Source: an uncultured Desulfospira sp.
GTDB taxonomy: Bacteria > Desulfobacterota > Desulfobacteria > Desulfobacterales > Desulfobacteraceae
Assembly (NCBI GenBank): GCA_963663165.1
Contig: OY760175.1
Coordinates: forward strand, 64,001-128,000
Direction of reading: 5' to 3'
DNA: 64,000 bases
The translations under genes were made by a program, and so were the position numbers. Below, piece after piece: positions 48,594 to 58,985 of this stretch. The number at the start of each line of letters is the position of its first letter. Position 1 is the first letter of the stretch. The notes beneath the pieces are model-generated. The model made no database searches and was not told where the DNA came from. It saw only the letters and a list, made by a program, of their open reading frames with translations.

Positions 48594-49157
48594 ATGCCTG
48601 ATCCGTCCATCCTCATGACCGGTGTTTTTGTCTTTTTTGCCCGAATCTGCGATGTGTCCATCGGAACGGTCCGGACCATTGTCACGGTTCAGGGAAGAAG
48701 CGTTCTGGCCTTTATACTGGCCGTTTGTGAACTCACGATCTGGATTCTGGTGGCCAGCACCGTCATCGGGCAGGTCAAGGAGCAGCCCATTCTGATTATT
48801 TTTTATGCCTTTGGATACGCCACGGGGAATGTCATCGGCATCAAGGTGGAAGCCAAGCTGGCCTTTGGGCTGATCATTCTTCGGGTCATCTGCCGGGAGT
48901 CGGCCAAGACCATTGCCCAGACCCTGAGGGATGCCGGCCAGCCCGTGACCGTATTTACGGGGGAAGGCTTGAAAGGGCCGGTATGGGAGCTTTATATCGC
49001 CTGCCGCAGAAAAGATCTCAAGTGGCTTATTGCCGAAGTTCAGAAAATTGACAAAGAGGCCTTTTATGTGGTGGAGCAGGCCCGAAGCATGAGCAAGGTG
49101 CTGCGTCCCGTCACCACCCCCCTTGGGGGATGGCGCTCTGTCCACAAAAGAAAGTAG
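48594..49157 (+). CDS. DUF2179/DUF5698 (YebE-like) membrane protein
   Basis: ARICDVSIGTVR, YAFGYATGN, VTVFTGEG..G, ID..AF. Confidence 0.85.
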   Translation: MPDPSILMTGVFVFFARICDVSIGTVRTIVTVQGRSVLAFILAVCELTIWILVASTVIGQVKEQPILIIFYAFGYATGNVIGIKVEAKLAFGLIILRVICRESAKTIAQTLRDAGQPVTVFTGEGLKGPVWELYIACRRKDLKWLIAEVQKIDKEAFYVVEQARSMSKVLRPVTTPLGGWRSVHKRK

Positions 49158-49303
49158 CCCCGTGGGGGGCTCCCGATTTCACCGGCCCCTGCCTTTGCCG
49201 GCAGCGGTTTGCCCGTTCTTGGCGGCAGTATCCTAAATTAGGCCGGAAAATGATAAATCAAGCCTTGCCATTGCTCTGTATATCCTGGGCGGTTTCATAA
49301 AAT

Positions 49304-50281
49304 TTATGTGAAATGGATACAAGATCTAATCAAATACAGGGAATAGGCGGCATACGAGAGCAGCAGCCCCAGCCCTTCATACCGGTTGATTTGTCCCTGT
49401 CGCCCTTTGAACCCGTAACAGATAATAAAAAGGGAAACCGTCAGGGCCCCCATGACCGGCATGTCCCTTTTCAGCACTTCAGGTGCTATCTCAAGGGGGG
49501 CAATACTGCCGGCAATTCCCACAACCACCAGGGTATTAAACAGGTTGGACCCCAGCACATTGCCCAGGGCGATATCATGCTCCCCTTTACGGGCGGCCAT
49601 CAGGGAAGAGGCCAGTTCCGGCAAAGAGGTCCCCACGGCCACAACGGTCAGGCCGATGACCAGATCGCTGACCCCCAGCAGCCGGCTGATATTCACTGCG
49701 CCCCATACCAGGAGCCGGGAGCTGGCCATGAGCAGCAAAAGCCCAATGACCAGCCAGAAGACGGCCTTGCCGATCCCCATGGTTTTGGATTCAACGTTAA
49801 GCTCAACTTCTCCGGCAAAGGAGTCCGTGGTTTTCTTTTTTCCCTTTATGACGGACCACCCCATAAAAACAAAAAAAATGAGCAGCAGCACCACGGCGTC
49901 ATAAGTGGAGATCACTTTGTCAAAGGCCTGATAAACGGCAACGGCCGTGACAAGGGTCAAGACGGGAAGTTCAGTCTTGAGCACTTCGGAATTGGCGTAG
50001 ATGGGGCTTACCAGGGCGGTGAGCCCCAGAATCAGTGATATATTGGCAATATTTGAGCCGTATGCGTTTCCCAGGGCAATGCCGGGATTTCCCTGCAATG
50101 AGGACATGGCCGAAACCAGCATTTCAGGTGCCGACGTTCCAAACCCGACAATCAGCATGCCGATTAACAAGGGCGGCATCCCCAGGTGTTTTGCCGTGGC
50201 CGCTGCCCCGTCAACAAACCGGTCAGCGCTCCAGACCATCAGCAATAGCCCTGCGGCCATCCCCGACAGATATAGTATCAT
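49304..50281 (-). CDS. Ca2+/Na+ antiporter (CaCA, YrbG-like)
   Basis: Alpha repeats GTSAPE...GNAYGSN and GTSLPE...GNVLGSN. Confidence 0.93.
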   Translation of the reverse strand: MILYLSGMAAGLLLMVWSADRFVDGAAATAKHLGMPPLLIGMLIVGFGTSAPEMLVSAMSSLQGNPGIALGNAYGSNIANISLILGLTALVSPIYANSEVLKTELPVLTLVTAVAVYQAFDKVISTYDAVVLLLIFFVFMGWSVIKGKKKTTDSFAGEVELNVESKTMGIGKAVFWLVIGLLLLMASSRLLVWGAVNISRLLGVSDLVIGLTVVAVGTSLPELASSLMAARKGEHDIALGNVLGSNLFNTLVVVGIAGSIAPLEIAPEVLKRDMPVMGALTVSLFIICYGFKGRQGQINRYEGLGLLLSYAAYSLYLIRSCIHFT

Positions 50282-50291
50282 TCTCGCTCCT

Positions 50292-51752
50292 TCACAAGGG
50301 AACCACGATAAAATAGGTTAATCCGTCCCGCTTGATCAGCAGGAGGATCCGGCCCGCTGTTGCCGCTTCATTAACCGCCTGATCGAATTGTTCCGGCGTA
50401 TTCACTGTTTTCCGATCCGCCTGCAGGACAATGTCACCGACACCCAGTCCCTGGTCCTCGGCCGCGCTTCCCTCCTGAACGCCCGTAATGACAACGCCTT
50501 CTCCTTCTTTACTGTCCAGTTGCGAGGCGATCTGGCCGGTGACGGCCTGAACCTGCAGTCCCATGGCGCTTTTTTCCGGTGTTTCAGCCTCTGGTTCCTG
50601 TTGTGCCGATGGCCTTTCTCCGACTGCGAGCTGAAGCCGCTTTTCCCTTTTATCCCGGATAATGGTCAATACGGCTTCGCTGCCGGGCGGCAGGATAGCG
50701 GTTAAATTTCTTAAGGACGTGCTGGTTTCAATCTTTTTGCCATTCATCTCAATGACGATGTCCCCGATGTGTAACCCGTTGTCCCCCGCCGGAGAATCCC
50801 CCATTATGCCGGAAACCAGTGCCCCGGAAGAGCGCTTGACCCCCAGTGCCAAAGCAAGCTCGGCGGTCAGATCCTGAACCGTTATCCCCAGATAGCCGCG
50901 GATAACCCGCCCGTTTTCCCTTAGCTGGTTTTCTATGGCGCGGGCCATGTTGATGGGAATGGCAAATCCGATGCCCATATACCCCCCGCTTTGACTGTAA
51001 ATGGCGGTGTTGATACCGATCACCTCTCCATCAAGGTTAATCAGGGGCCCGCCTGAATTCCCCGGGTTGATGGCCGCATCGGTCTGAATGAAATCTTCAT
51101 ACTCGGTAATATGTACATTGCTGCGGCCAATGGCGCTCACAATTCCCACGGTCAGGGTCTGGGTCAGGCCAAAGGGATTTCCGACGGCCATGACCCAGTC
51201 CCCGATACGGGATTTTGAGGAGTCCCCCATTTTTATAACCGGCAGGTCCGTGGCATCGATCTGTATCAGCGCCACTTCCGTCTCCGGGTCCGTGCCGATC
51301 AGCTGGGCCTGGTCAAATACCCTTCCATCGCTGAGTTCTACCCTGATGTTGTCCACTTCCCCGACAACATGGTTGTTGGTCAGGATGTACCCGTCCTCAC
51401 TGATGATGAACCCGGAACCCTGGCCCACCTGTTTTTCTTTCCGGGGATTTTGCATCTGCGGGAACCGGTCGCCGAAAAATTTTTTTAAGAACTCTTCCAT
51501 GAACAATTCACCGGGATCTGTTGCCCCTTCAGCGCCTTCTCCCGGGGCGACCATCTTTTCCACTTTAATGGAAACAACCGCCGGCATCACTTTTTTGGCC
51601 ACGGCGGCAAAGGTATCGGACAGTGCTTTGGCCTGCTGTATGCTGGCCGGCTCAACCGCGCAAACCCCCGGGTACGGTATCAGCGCCAGCATAATATAAA
51701 CCGGTCCAAGGATCCGAAGAACAGTTCTTTTCAAAGTTTTTTGGCTATTCAC
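50292..51752 (-). CDS. HtrA/DegP-DegQ serine protease with two PDZ domains
   Basis: GSGFII, TNNHV, QTDAAINPGNSGGPL, two PDZ domains. Confidence 0.95.
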   Translation of the reverse strand: MNSQKTLKRTVLRILGPVYIMLALIPYPGVCAVEPASIQQAKALSDTFAAVAKKVMPAVVSIKVEKMVAPGEGAEGATDPGELFMEEFLKKFFGDRFPQMQNPRKEKQVGQGSGFIISEDGYILTNNHVVGEVDNIRVELSDGRVFDQAQLIGTDPETEVALIQIDATDLPVIKMGDSSKSRIGDWVMAVGNPFGLTQTLTVGIVSAIGRSNVHITEYEDFIQTDAAINPGNSGGPLINLDGEVIGINTAIYSQSGGYMGIGFAIPINMARAIENQLRENGRVIRGYLGITVQDLTAELALALGVKRSSGALVSGIMGDSPAGDNGLHIGDIVIEMNGKKIETSTSLRNLTAILPPGSEAVLTIIRDKREKRLQLAVGERPSAQQEPEAETPEKSAMGLQVQAVTGQIASQLDSKEGEGVVITGVQEGSAAEDQGLGVGDIVLQADRKTVNTPEQFDQAVNEAATAGRILLLIKRDGLTYFIVVPL

Positions 51753-52349
51753 GTTATCTTCCTTATTTCATTAGGCCGTCGGAACGGGTCAATGGCCGGC
51801 CCGGGTCCGCCAAAGCAGGCTCTTGAGGATAATGAAGCAGACCAGGGCAGCTGTTTACGATGCATATACGCCCCCCGTTTTGGCTTTACAAGCTTTTTTT
51901 ATGTATGGCAGTTTTTTTGAAATTTCAATATGTTTCATCCGCGATACGGACGATGGGCCAAGGGATGGGACACCGCCTGAACACCTTTTCCGGCCGCGCT
52001 GCCGGATATGGTCTTTCCAAGGCTGCTGTTCCCTTTGACCCCATGACTGGACGCCCGGCTTTTTTTTCCTGCGGCCTTGAGAATTTTCCGGTACATTGAT
52101 TGGAAAAATAGCAGTTTCAAAGTGAATGATTTCATGTTATTTGTCAACTTACGCCCGTTTCCCGGGACACGGGACAGGATAATTAAATAACAAATGGACT
52201 GGGGCTCACCATATCTGCCCGATATGAATCATGGTCAATGAAATGTACCCCCTAAAAGTCGCCCGTTTTTTCCCTGACAATCGTCCTTCGGCAATGAAAA
52301 ACCGCCCGGTTGCAAAATTGGCAGACGGGCTTTATGAAATGGAGGAACA

Positions 52350-52814
52350 ATGAAGACAGTTAATAAGATCATGGTGGCCATTGATTTTAGCGAGTATTCC
52401 CTTCCGGTGTTGAAATACGCCGCCGCATTGGCAGCAGACGTGGATGCGGAACTGCTGCTGGTCAACGTCATCAACCAAAGGGATGTTGACATGGTGAAAA
52501 AAGTAGCGGATATAGCGCCGCAATTGTCGGTGAAAACCTACCTGGAAGAGTCCGTGACGGACAGGGAAGCTCAGTTTCAGGGACTCATCAAAGAGGCCGG
52601 GTGCCAGACCATGGCGGTGAAGACCAGCGTGCGGATCGGCGTTCCCTACAAGGCGCTTCTCCAGGCCATTGAGGAAAAGAAGCCCGATATCCTGGTCATG
52701 GCGGCCAAAGGCCGTTCCAATCTGGTGGACACGGTCATCGGCTCCTGCGCCCAGAAGATGTTCAGGCGATGCCCCATTCCATTGCTCAGCATCCGAACCG
52801 GTGATGCGGATTAG
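52350..52814 (+). CDS. Universal stress protein
   Basis: KIMVAIDFSEYS, DILVM, GS.A, PIPLL. Confidence 0.9.
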   Translation: MKTVNKIMVAIDFSEYSLPVLKYAAALAADVDAELLLVNVINQRDVDMVKKVADIAPQLSVKTYLEESVTDREAQFQGLIKEAGCQTMAVKTSVRIGVPYKALLQAIEEKKPDILVMAAKGRSNLVDTVIGSCAQKMFRRCPIPLLSIRTGDAD

Positions 52815-53049
52815 GTTTTTTACTTCCCGAAACCATCCAAGGTACAGCCTGATCCCCCTGATGCGTGCGTCCCGGTTTTTTCTTGCGGCGGCCTTTCAGC
52901 CGGGTCTTGCCCCCCCCCCGGAACCCGGCTGACCTTTCCCGTTTAAGAATTTCCTGAAAAAAAACGGAATGGGGCTGTTGTTTTTGCCGGTTCCCCTTAA
53001 GATTAAAAACCAAAACAAAACCTTTAAAATAATCAAAGGAGGGGATTCA

Positions 53050-54360
53050 ATGTCCGAACCCACGGCATACCTGACCATCATCAACCGGTTTGTGGAACAT
53101 GACGCGGCCACTGCCGCAAGGTTTATGGAAAGTATGGATGAAGCGGATGCATCACAAATCCTTCAGGTGCTTCCCATCGAAACGGCTGTCCGGGTGATCC
53201 GCAATTTTCAGGTGGGGTTTGCCGCCGTGCTGCTGGAAGGGGCCGGAAGCGAGTTTGTCGGCCAGGTGCTTCCCCACATGACGCCCCAGATGCTCACCGC
53301 CATACTGATGCATGCGTCCGCACCCTTCAGAGAACAGATCAAGGCAACCCTTAATGAAACCGTTCAGGCGCAGATCAGTGAACTTCTGACCTATCCGGAA
53401 AGAAGCATTGGCCGGATTTTAAGCACTGACTTCATGTCATTTGACAAAGATATTCTGGTCCAGGATGCCATTGAAACCATCCGGTTCCTGTCCAAGAAAC
53501 GGGTGCCGGCCACCTACGCCTATGTGGTGGACGAGGAAAGTCACCTGCTCGGGGTGCTGAACATGCGCGATCTCTTGCTGGCCTCACCCGATCAGCCCCT
53601 TGAAGCCATCATGATCCGGGATGTTTTTTCCCTTCACGGGTTTATGGATGTCCAGGAAGCGGCGGCAGACCTTTCCAAACGAAAGTATTTTGCCGCCCCC
53701 GTGGTGGATTCGGAAAATAAAATTCTGGGGGTTATCAAGGCCGAACGTCTGATCAAGGGCGTCCGGGAAGACACGGCCCAGGACATCCAGCGGATGTTCG
53801 GTGCCGGCAGGGATGAGAAACCTTTTTCAAGTATCTTCTTTTCCCTGAAAAAACGGCTTTTCTGGCTGCACATTAACCTGGTGACGGCCTTTATGGCCGC
53901 CGGGGTCGTGGCCCTGTTTGAGGGCGTGATTTCAAAATTGACAATCCTTGCGGTATTTCTTCCCGTGGTTGCCGGCCAGGGGGGGAATGCCGGGGCCCAG
54001 TCCCTGGCCGTTGTCATGCGGGGCATTGCCATGCGGGAGATCCCAGAGGAAAAAGCGGGCCGGCTCATTTTAAAGGAGGGCGGGCTTGGGGCCATCAACG
54101 GGGTGGTGATCGGGATCGTCACGGCGGCAGCGGCCTGGCTCTGGGTGGGGAACCCTTATCTGGGGCTCGTGATTGGCCTTGGCATGTTTTTCAACCTGAT
54201 CTTTGCCGGCCTGTCCGGCGCGTCCATCCCGCTGTTCATGAAGCGGGTGGGGATTGATCCGGCCCAGAGTTCCAGCATCATCCTGACCACGGTAACCGAT
54301 ATCCTGGGGTTTCTGGCATTTCTCGGGTTTGCCGTGATCTTCCAGTCTTACCTGGTGTGA
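53050..54360 (+). CDS. mgtE: Magnesium transporter MgtE (CBS pair + membrane domain)
   Basis: YAYVVD, PVVD, PVVAGQGGNAGAQ, DPA..S...TTVTD; start MSEPT at 53050 after GGAGG. Confidence 0.93.
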   Translation: MSEPTAYLTIINRFVEHDAATAARFMESMDEADASQILQVLPIETAVRVIRNFQVGFAAVLLEGAGSEFVGQVLPHMTPQMLTAILMHASAPFREQIKATLNETVQAQISELLTYPERSIGRILSTDFMSFDKDILVQDAIETIRFLSKKRVPATYAYVVDEESHLLGVLNMRDLLLASPDQPLEAIMIRDVFSLHGFMDVQEAAADLSKRKYFAAPVVDSENKILGVIKAERLIKGVREDTAQDIQRMFGAGRDEKPFSSIFFSLKKRLFWLHINLVTAFMAAGVVALFEGVISKLTILAVFLPVVAGQGGNAGAQSLAVVMRGIAMREIPEEKAGRLILKEGGLGAINGVVIGIVTAAAAWLWVGNPYLGLVIGLGMFFNLIFAGLSGASIPLFMKRVGIDPAQSSSIILTTVTDILGFLAFLGFAVIFQSYLV

Positions 54361-54447
54361 TTTGCATCTGGACAAACAACAGGGCAGGTTTATAATAACA
54401 GACTCATCAGCCAGGCATGGCCTGGCTGACCATTTTAATCCGCTTAA

Positions 54448-54663
54448 CGGCCACGGGCCGCTTTGGTTATCCAACCAAGAGCCGCCCACAACAAATATTG
54501 AAAGTCTTCTCAGGACGTTAGTGAGACTTTCATATAACCGTCACGGACGGCTTGGATTATCCAACCAAGCACCGCCCACAACGAAAAATGAAAGTCTTTT
54601 CGGCTTGTCAGTGAGACTTTCATATAACGGCCACGGGCCACAAGCCCACAACGAATAATGAAA
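54448..54663. repeat. Two full + one internally deleted copy of the 90-bp repeat (inverted relative to 8911-9090)
   Basis: Units 54448-54537 and 54538-54627 end GAGACTTTCATATAA; partial third unit from 54628. Confidence 0.92.
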
Positions 54664-54772
54664 CTGAAGATACCAGCAACGGTAGACTATAAATTGGGCA
54701 CCGCAGGTGCTTCGCCCTCTTGTCTCTTGTTTCTTGTCTCCAGTTTCTTATAAAAACTTTAGGTAGTCTTTC

Positions 54773-56446
54773 ATGTCTGGATTTGATTACTGGAAACTGC
54801 TCGCCGGCCTGGGGATTTTCATGTTCGGCATGCAGCTTCTGGAAACTTCCGTAAAAGAGCTGAGCGGTAAAGCGTTTCGCAAAATTATCCGGCATTATAC
54901 CAATACCCGGCTCAAGGCCATTGCCGCAGGGACGGCGGTCACCGCCCTGCTCCAGAGCAGTTCGGCGGTCTCTTTGATGGTCCTGGCCTTTGTGGGGGCC
55001 GGCATCATGAGCATGGAGAATGCCATTGGCGTTATTCTCGGTTCCAACATCGGGACCACCCTGACCGCCTGGATCGTGGCGACCCTGGGGTTCAAGGTCA
55101 GGATTGAGGCCTTTGCCCTGCCATTTGTCGGGATTGCCGCATTCGGACTGATCCTTGCAAAGCCCGGAACGCGGCCGGCCCATTTAACAAGGCTGTTGAT
55201 CGGGTTTGGTTTTCTTTTCCTTGGCCTGGATTATATGAAGACCAGTGTGGAGTTTTTTGCAAAGGAATTTGACCCCCAGCATCTGCACAACCTGGCCCTG
55301 TGGACATATCTGATCATCGGAACCGTCATGACGGCCCTGATGCAGGCCAGCGCCGCCACCATCGCCATCACCCTGGCCGCACTGCACAGCGGCCTGATGA
55401 CCTTTGAGATGGGGGCCGCCATGGTCATCGGGGCCAACATCGGCACCACCATCACCATCCTTCTCGGGGCCGCCGGTGGAACGCCGTCCAAAAAAAGGGT
55501 GGCGGCCAGCCATCTGGTCTTTAACCTTGTCTCCGGGATTGTTGCCTTTGCCGGCCTGCCCCTGATGGTCGCGGCGGTTAAATTGTTTGTGGATGTCTCT
55601 GCCAACGGGCCGGTGGGCCTGGCCCTGTTTCATACCCTGTTCAATGTCATCGGCGTGTTGATGTTTGTTCCTTTTATAAACACCCTCACCCGGCTGCTGG
55701 CCAAATTTCTGCCCGAACACCGGAAAACCATCAGCGTCTATCTGGTCAATACCCCGGCGGAGGAAGCCGAGGCAGCCGGTATTGCCATCAAAAACGAGGT
55801 GATCCACATGCTCCAGGAATGCCAGTTGTATGCCTTAAGGTCCCTGGCGCTGGATGAAAAACTGATATTTGACGAAAAGCTGCCCTTTGAGAAAAACGAA
55901 CGAAAGCAGCTGACAAAAGAAGCGCTTTTTGCCCAGATCGGACACCTTCATTCGGCCGTGGTGGCCTATTATTCAAGGATTCAGACCCAGACCACGGATG
56001 AACACAGAACAAGGGCGCTTGCCAGAGTCATTCTGGCCTCCAGGAATATCATGAATGCGGCCAAAAATTTTGAAGGCATACGGCCGATTCTGGATGAATT
56101 CGAAGCCTCCGAGTCCGCTTTTTTAAACCGCCAGTACGGCCGTTTCAGAAAGCGCCTGCTCCACTTTCTGACCGCCACGGGCGGCATATCGGAACGGCGG
56201 GACCCGGAATCGGTCTACCAGACCATCATTAAGGCATTCAAAGAACTTGAATCCGACGATAACCTCTTTATCCAGGAAACCGTGAAGGCATCTGCCGAAG
56301 ATCCGGCAGGGGATCTGGACCTGTCGGCGCTTCTATTATCCAACCGGCTGTTTACCCAGGCCGGAAGAATGCTCATTTTCAGCATGAAAGACCTGTTTTT
56401 GACACCGGAGCAGGCCCAGGCCTTTGATAAAGAGACCAACAATTAA
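54773..56446 (+). CDS. Na+/Pi cotransporter family protein
   Basis: LQSSSA...GSNIGTT and MQASAA...GANIGTT repeats, PhoU-like C-terminus. Confidence 0.9.
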   Translation: MSGFDYWKLLAGLGIFMFGMQLLETSVKELSGKAFRKIIRHYTNTRLKAIAAGTAVTALLQSSSAVSLMVLAFVGAGIMSMENAIGVILGSNIGTTLTAWIVATLGFKVRIEAFALPFVGIAAFGLILAKPGTRPAHLTRLLIGFGFLFLGLDYMKTSVEFFAKEFDPQHLHNLALWTYLIIGTVMTALMQASAATIAITLAALHSGLMTFEMGAAMVIGANIGTTITILLGAAGGTPSKKRVAASHLVFNLVSGIVAFAGLPLMVAAVKLFVDVSANGPVGLALFHTLFNVIGVLMFVPFINTLTRLLAKFLPEHRKTISVYLVNTPAEEAEAAGIAIKNEVIHMLQECQLYALRSLALDEKLIFDEKLPFEKNERKQLTKEALFAQIGHLHSAVVAYYSRIQTQTTDEHRTRALARVILASRNIMNAAKNFEGIRPILDEFEASESAFLNRQYGRFRKRLLHFLTATGGISERRDPESVYQTIIKAFKELESDDNLFIQETVKASAEDPAGDLDLSALLLSNRLFTQAGRMLIFSMKDLFLTPEQAQAFDKETNN

Positions 56447-56467
56447 CCCAAAAGAGGGAAATCCGCT

Positions 56468-57898
56468 ATGACATATCATCTGCCGTCCTGGCAAACGGTT
56501 CTGGATATTCTGGTCATTTCCGCCGGCCTTTTTTTTCTGTACCGGACGATTATCCGGCTGGGCACCTGGAAAATTGTTTCCGGTATTCTGGTGGCGGCCC
56601 TATTTTTCGTAATCGCCAGCCTGCTGGACCTGAAAGGGGTGGAGTGGGTTTACCGGAATGTCAGCCATGTGGCGGTGTTAAGCCTGATTGTTTTGTTCCA
56701 GCCGGAGCTGCGCAAGGTTTTTGAAAGGGCCGCCTCCATTCGGAAAGATAAAAACAACCCCAAGGACCCCGGTTTTTTCAAGCTGGTGGCTGAAAGTCTG
56801 ACCCGCATGGCCGCATCCGGCACAGGGGCCATTATCGTGTTTCCGGGCACCGAGAATATTGCCCAGTGGGTGAGCGGTGGATTCCGCCTGGAGGCCCGGC
56901 CCAGCCTGCCCCTGATTCTGAGCATATTCGATTCGAGTTCTCCTGGCCATGACGGGGCACTGATTGTTAAAAACGAACGGTTTGATGCCCTGGGGGTCCG
57001 CCTTCCCGTTTCTCAGAGTGAGCGCCTGCCAAGCGATTACGGCACCCGCCATCAGGCGGCCATGGGGCTGAGTGAAAAAACAGACGCCCTGGTTGCCGTG
57101 GTTTCCGAGGAGCGGGGCCAGGTCTCCATATTTAAAAACGGCAAGATGACCCCCCTTAAAACAGAGGCTCAGATTGTGGACGCCATCCTTGACCATTACA
57201 GGGCTGAAGGTATTTTTAAACAGCTCTTTTCCGCAAATGCATCCCCTCGCACCCTGGGGCTGGAGATCGCCGGATCCATTGCGGTGGCCGTGGTCCTGTG
57301 GGTGACGATCATTGCCGGCCAGGGGGAGATGATTGAAAAGGTTGTTGCTGTTCCGGTAGAGTATACAGCCACGGCTGAAGATGTGGTCATGACCGGGGAA
57401 AAGGCCAATGAGGCCCGGCTGCACCTAAGCGGTTCCAAATCGGATCTGGACGCCGTCTCTCCGGCTGCCCTGGGGGTCAAGATTGACCTGTCGAAAATGG
57501 CCGCGGGCAAACAGACCGTGTTTATCAGCGAAGAAAATATCCGGCTGCCTCGGGGGATCCGGCTGCTTGACGCCGAACCGGCCGGCATCGAGGTCAATAT
57601 CGCCAAACTTACCCGGACAACCCTGCCGGTCAAACCCCAGCTGGTGGGCAGTCTCCCCGACGGCCTGCGGCTGGTCTCTTCCAAGGTTGACCCTGAAGCC
57701 CTCCGGGTGTTTGTTCCCTCGGGAGATGCCGGTAAATCCTATAAAAGCATTACCACTACCCCGGTTTATCTGGACAATATCAGGGAGAACGCCATGTTTT
57801 ACTGCAAGGTCGTTGCCCCCCAGGCCGTTCAGCCCGTGGACAAACGGTGGCCGGATGTTGAGATTCATGTGACTGTGGCGCTGAAAAGCGCCAAGTAA
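56468..57898 (+). CDS. Membrane diadenylate cyclase fused to YbbR/CdaR domains
   Basis: 3 N-terminal TM, FQPELR, HDGA, GTRHQAA, VSEERG, extra TM, two YbbR-like beta-rich repeats. Confidence 0.88.
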   Translation: MTYHLPSWQTVLDILVISAGLFFLYRTIIRLGTWKIVSGILVAALFFVIASLLDLKGVEWVYRNVSHVAVLSLIVLFQPELRKVFERAASIRKDKNNPKDPGFFKLVAESLTRMAASGTGAIIVFPGTENIAQWVSGGFRLEARPSLPLILSIFDSSSPGHDGALIVKNERFDALGVRLPVSQSERLPSDYGTRHQAAMGLSEKTDALVAVVSEERGQVSIFKNGKMTPLKTEAQIVDAILDHYRAEGIFKQLFSANASPRTLGLEIAGSIAVAVVLWVTIIAGQGEMIEKVVAVPVEYTATAEDVVMTGEKANEARLHLSGSKSDLDAVSPAALGVKIDLSKMAAGKQTVFISEENIRLPRGIRLLDAEPAGIEVNIAKLTRTTLPVKPQLVGSLPDGLRLVSSKVDPEALRVFVPSGDAGKSYKSITTTPVYLDNIRENAMFYCKVVAPQAVQPVDKRWPDVEIHVTVALKSAK

Positions 57899-57924
57899 TC
57901 TTAAAAAAATAAAACGGACTATCC

Positions 57925-58962
57925 ATGCACTCATCTTTTACCTTGCTGTATACCTGGGCGGGAATTCTTTTCTGCCTTTGCCATTCAGCCATGTTTTCCG
58001 GCATGAACCTGGCGGTATTCAGTATCAGCCGCCTGCGGCTTGAAATTGAAGCCGCCGAAGGAAATAAACATGCAGAAAAACTGTTGCTGCTGCGGGAAGA
58101 TTCCAATTTCGCCCTGACCACCATTTTATGGGGCAATGTCGGCATTAATGTTCTGCTGGCGCTGTTGTCCAACTCGGTTTTGACCGGTATCAGCGCATTT
58201 TTGTTTTCTACTGTCCTGATTACATTTATCGGGGAGATTATTCCCCAGGCCTATTTTTCACGCAATGCCCTGAAAATGGTCTCTTTGCTGGCCCCGGTCC
58301 TTAAATTTTACCAGGTCCTGCTTTATCCGGCCGCCAAACCCTCAGCCCTGCTGCTGGACTGGTGGCTGGGAAAAGAAAGCATTCAATATTTCAGGGAACA
58401 CAGCATCCGGGAGATGATCAAAAAACATATTGATGCCGATGATGCGGAAATAGCACGGATCGAGGGCCTGGGCGCATTGAATTTTCTGGCCATTGACGAT
58501 CTGAGCATGGCCCAGGAAGGGGTGGACCTTGACCCGGCCAGTATTATTCAACTGCCGTCTGCCAACGGGCAGCTGATATTCCCGGCTTATACCCAGAGTC
58601 CCGAAGACCCTTTTTTGCGAACCATTGAGAAATCCGGAAAAAAATGGGTGATTTTCACGGATGAAACCAATGATCCGAAAATGGTCATGGATGCCGACTG
58701 TTTTATCCGGCACGCACTGTTTAAATCCCCCCGGCCCGACCCTTCCTGGTATTGCCACACCCCCATTATTGTTAAAGACACGGCAACCAAGCTTGGCAAC
58801 GTCCTTAACCGGTTTAAGAACAAGCCGGGAAAAGGGGAGGATGACATCATCGAACAGGACATTATCCTGACATGGGGGACGTCAAAACGAATCATTACCG
58901 GTGCGGATATTTTCGGCCGCCTGATGAGAGGTATTTCAACCCGGGATTTTTCAATGTCATAG
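57925..58962 (+). CDS. CNNM/DUF21 membrane protein
   Basis: SAMFSG...A.FS, LTTILWGNV..N, GEIIPQA. Confidence 0.85.
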   Translation: MHSSFTLLYTWAGILFCLCHSAMFSGMNLAVFSISRLRLEIEAAEGNKHAEKLLLLREDSNFALTTILWGNVGINVLLALLSNSVLTGISAFLFSTVLITFIGEIIPQAYFSRNALKMVSLLAPVLKFYQVLLYPAAKPSALLLDWWLGKESIQYFREHSIREMIKKHIDADDAEIARIEGLGALNFLAIDDLSMAQEGVDLDPASIIQLPSANGQLIFPAYTQSPEDPFLRTIEKSGKKWVIFTDETNDPKMVMDADCFIRHALFKSPRPDPSWYCHTPIIVKDTATKLGNVLNRFKNKPGKGEDDIIEQDIILTWGTSKRIITGADIFGRLMRGISTRDFSMS

Positions 58963-58985
58963 CCCGGATATGTCATGGGCCGGTG

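Noticed and set aside
51760..53049. M-box, ydaO (c-di-AMP) or yybP riboswitch upstream of USP/mgtE
   Set aside because: No recognisable consensus segments; only generic hairpins, such as TCAGCCGGG/CCCGGCTGA around a C10 loop
54590..54625. Hammerhead ribozyme in the repeat (CTGACAAGCCGAAA on the minus strand)
   Set aside because: Lacks the CUGANGA core, and the other copies read CTAA at that position
54362..54658. 98-aa ORF reading through the 90-bp (30-codon) repeats
   Set aside because: The equivalent frame at locus 1 contains a TAG stop; weak TTG start; conservation follows hairpins rather than codons
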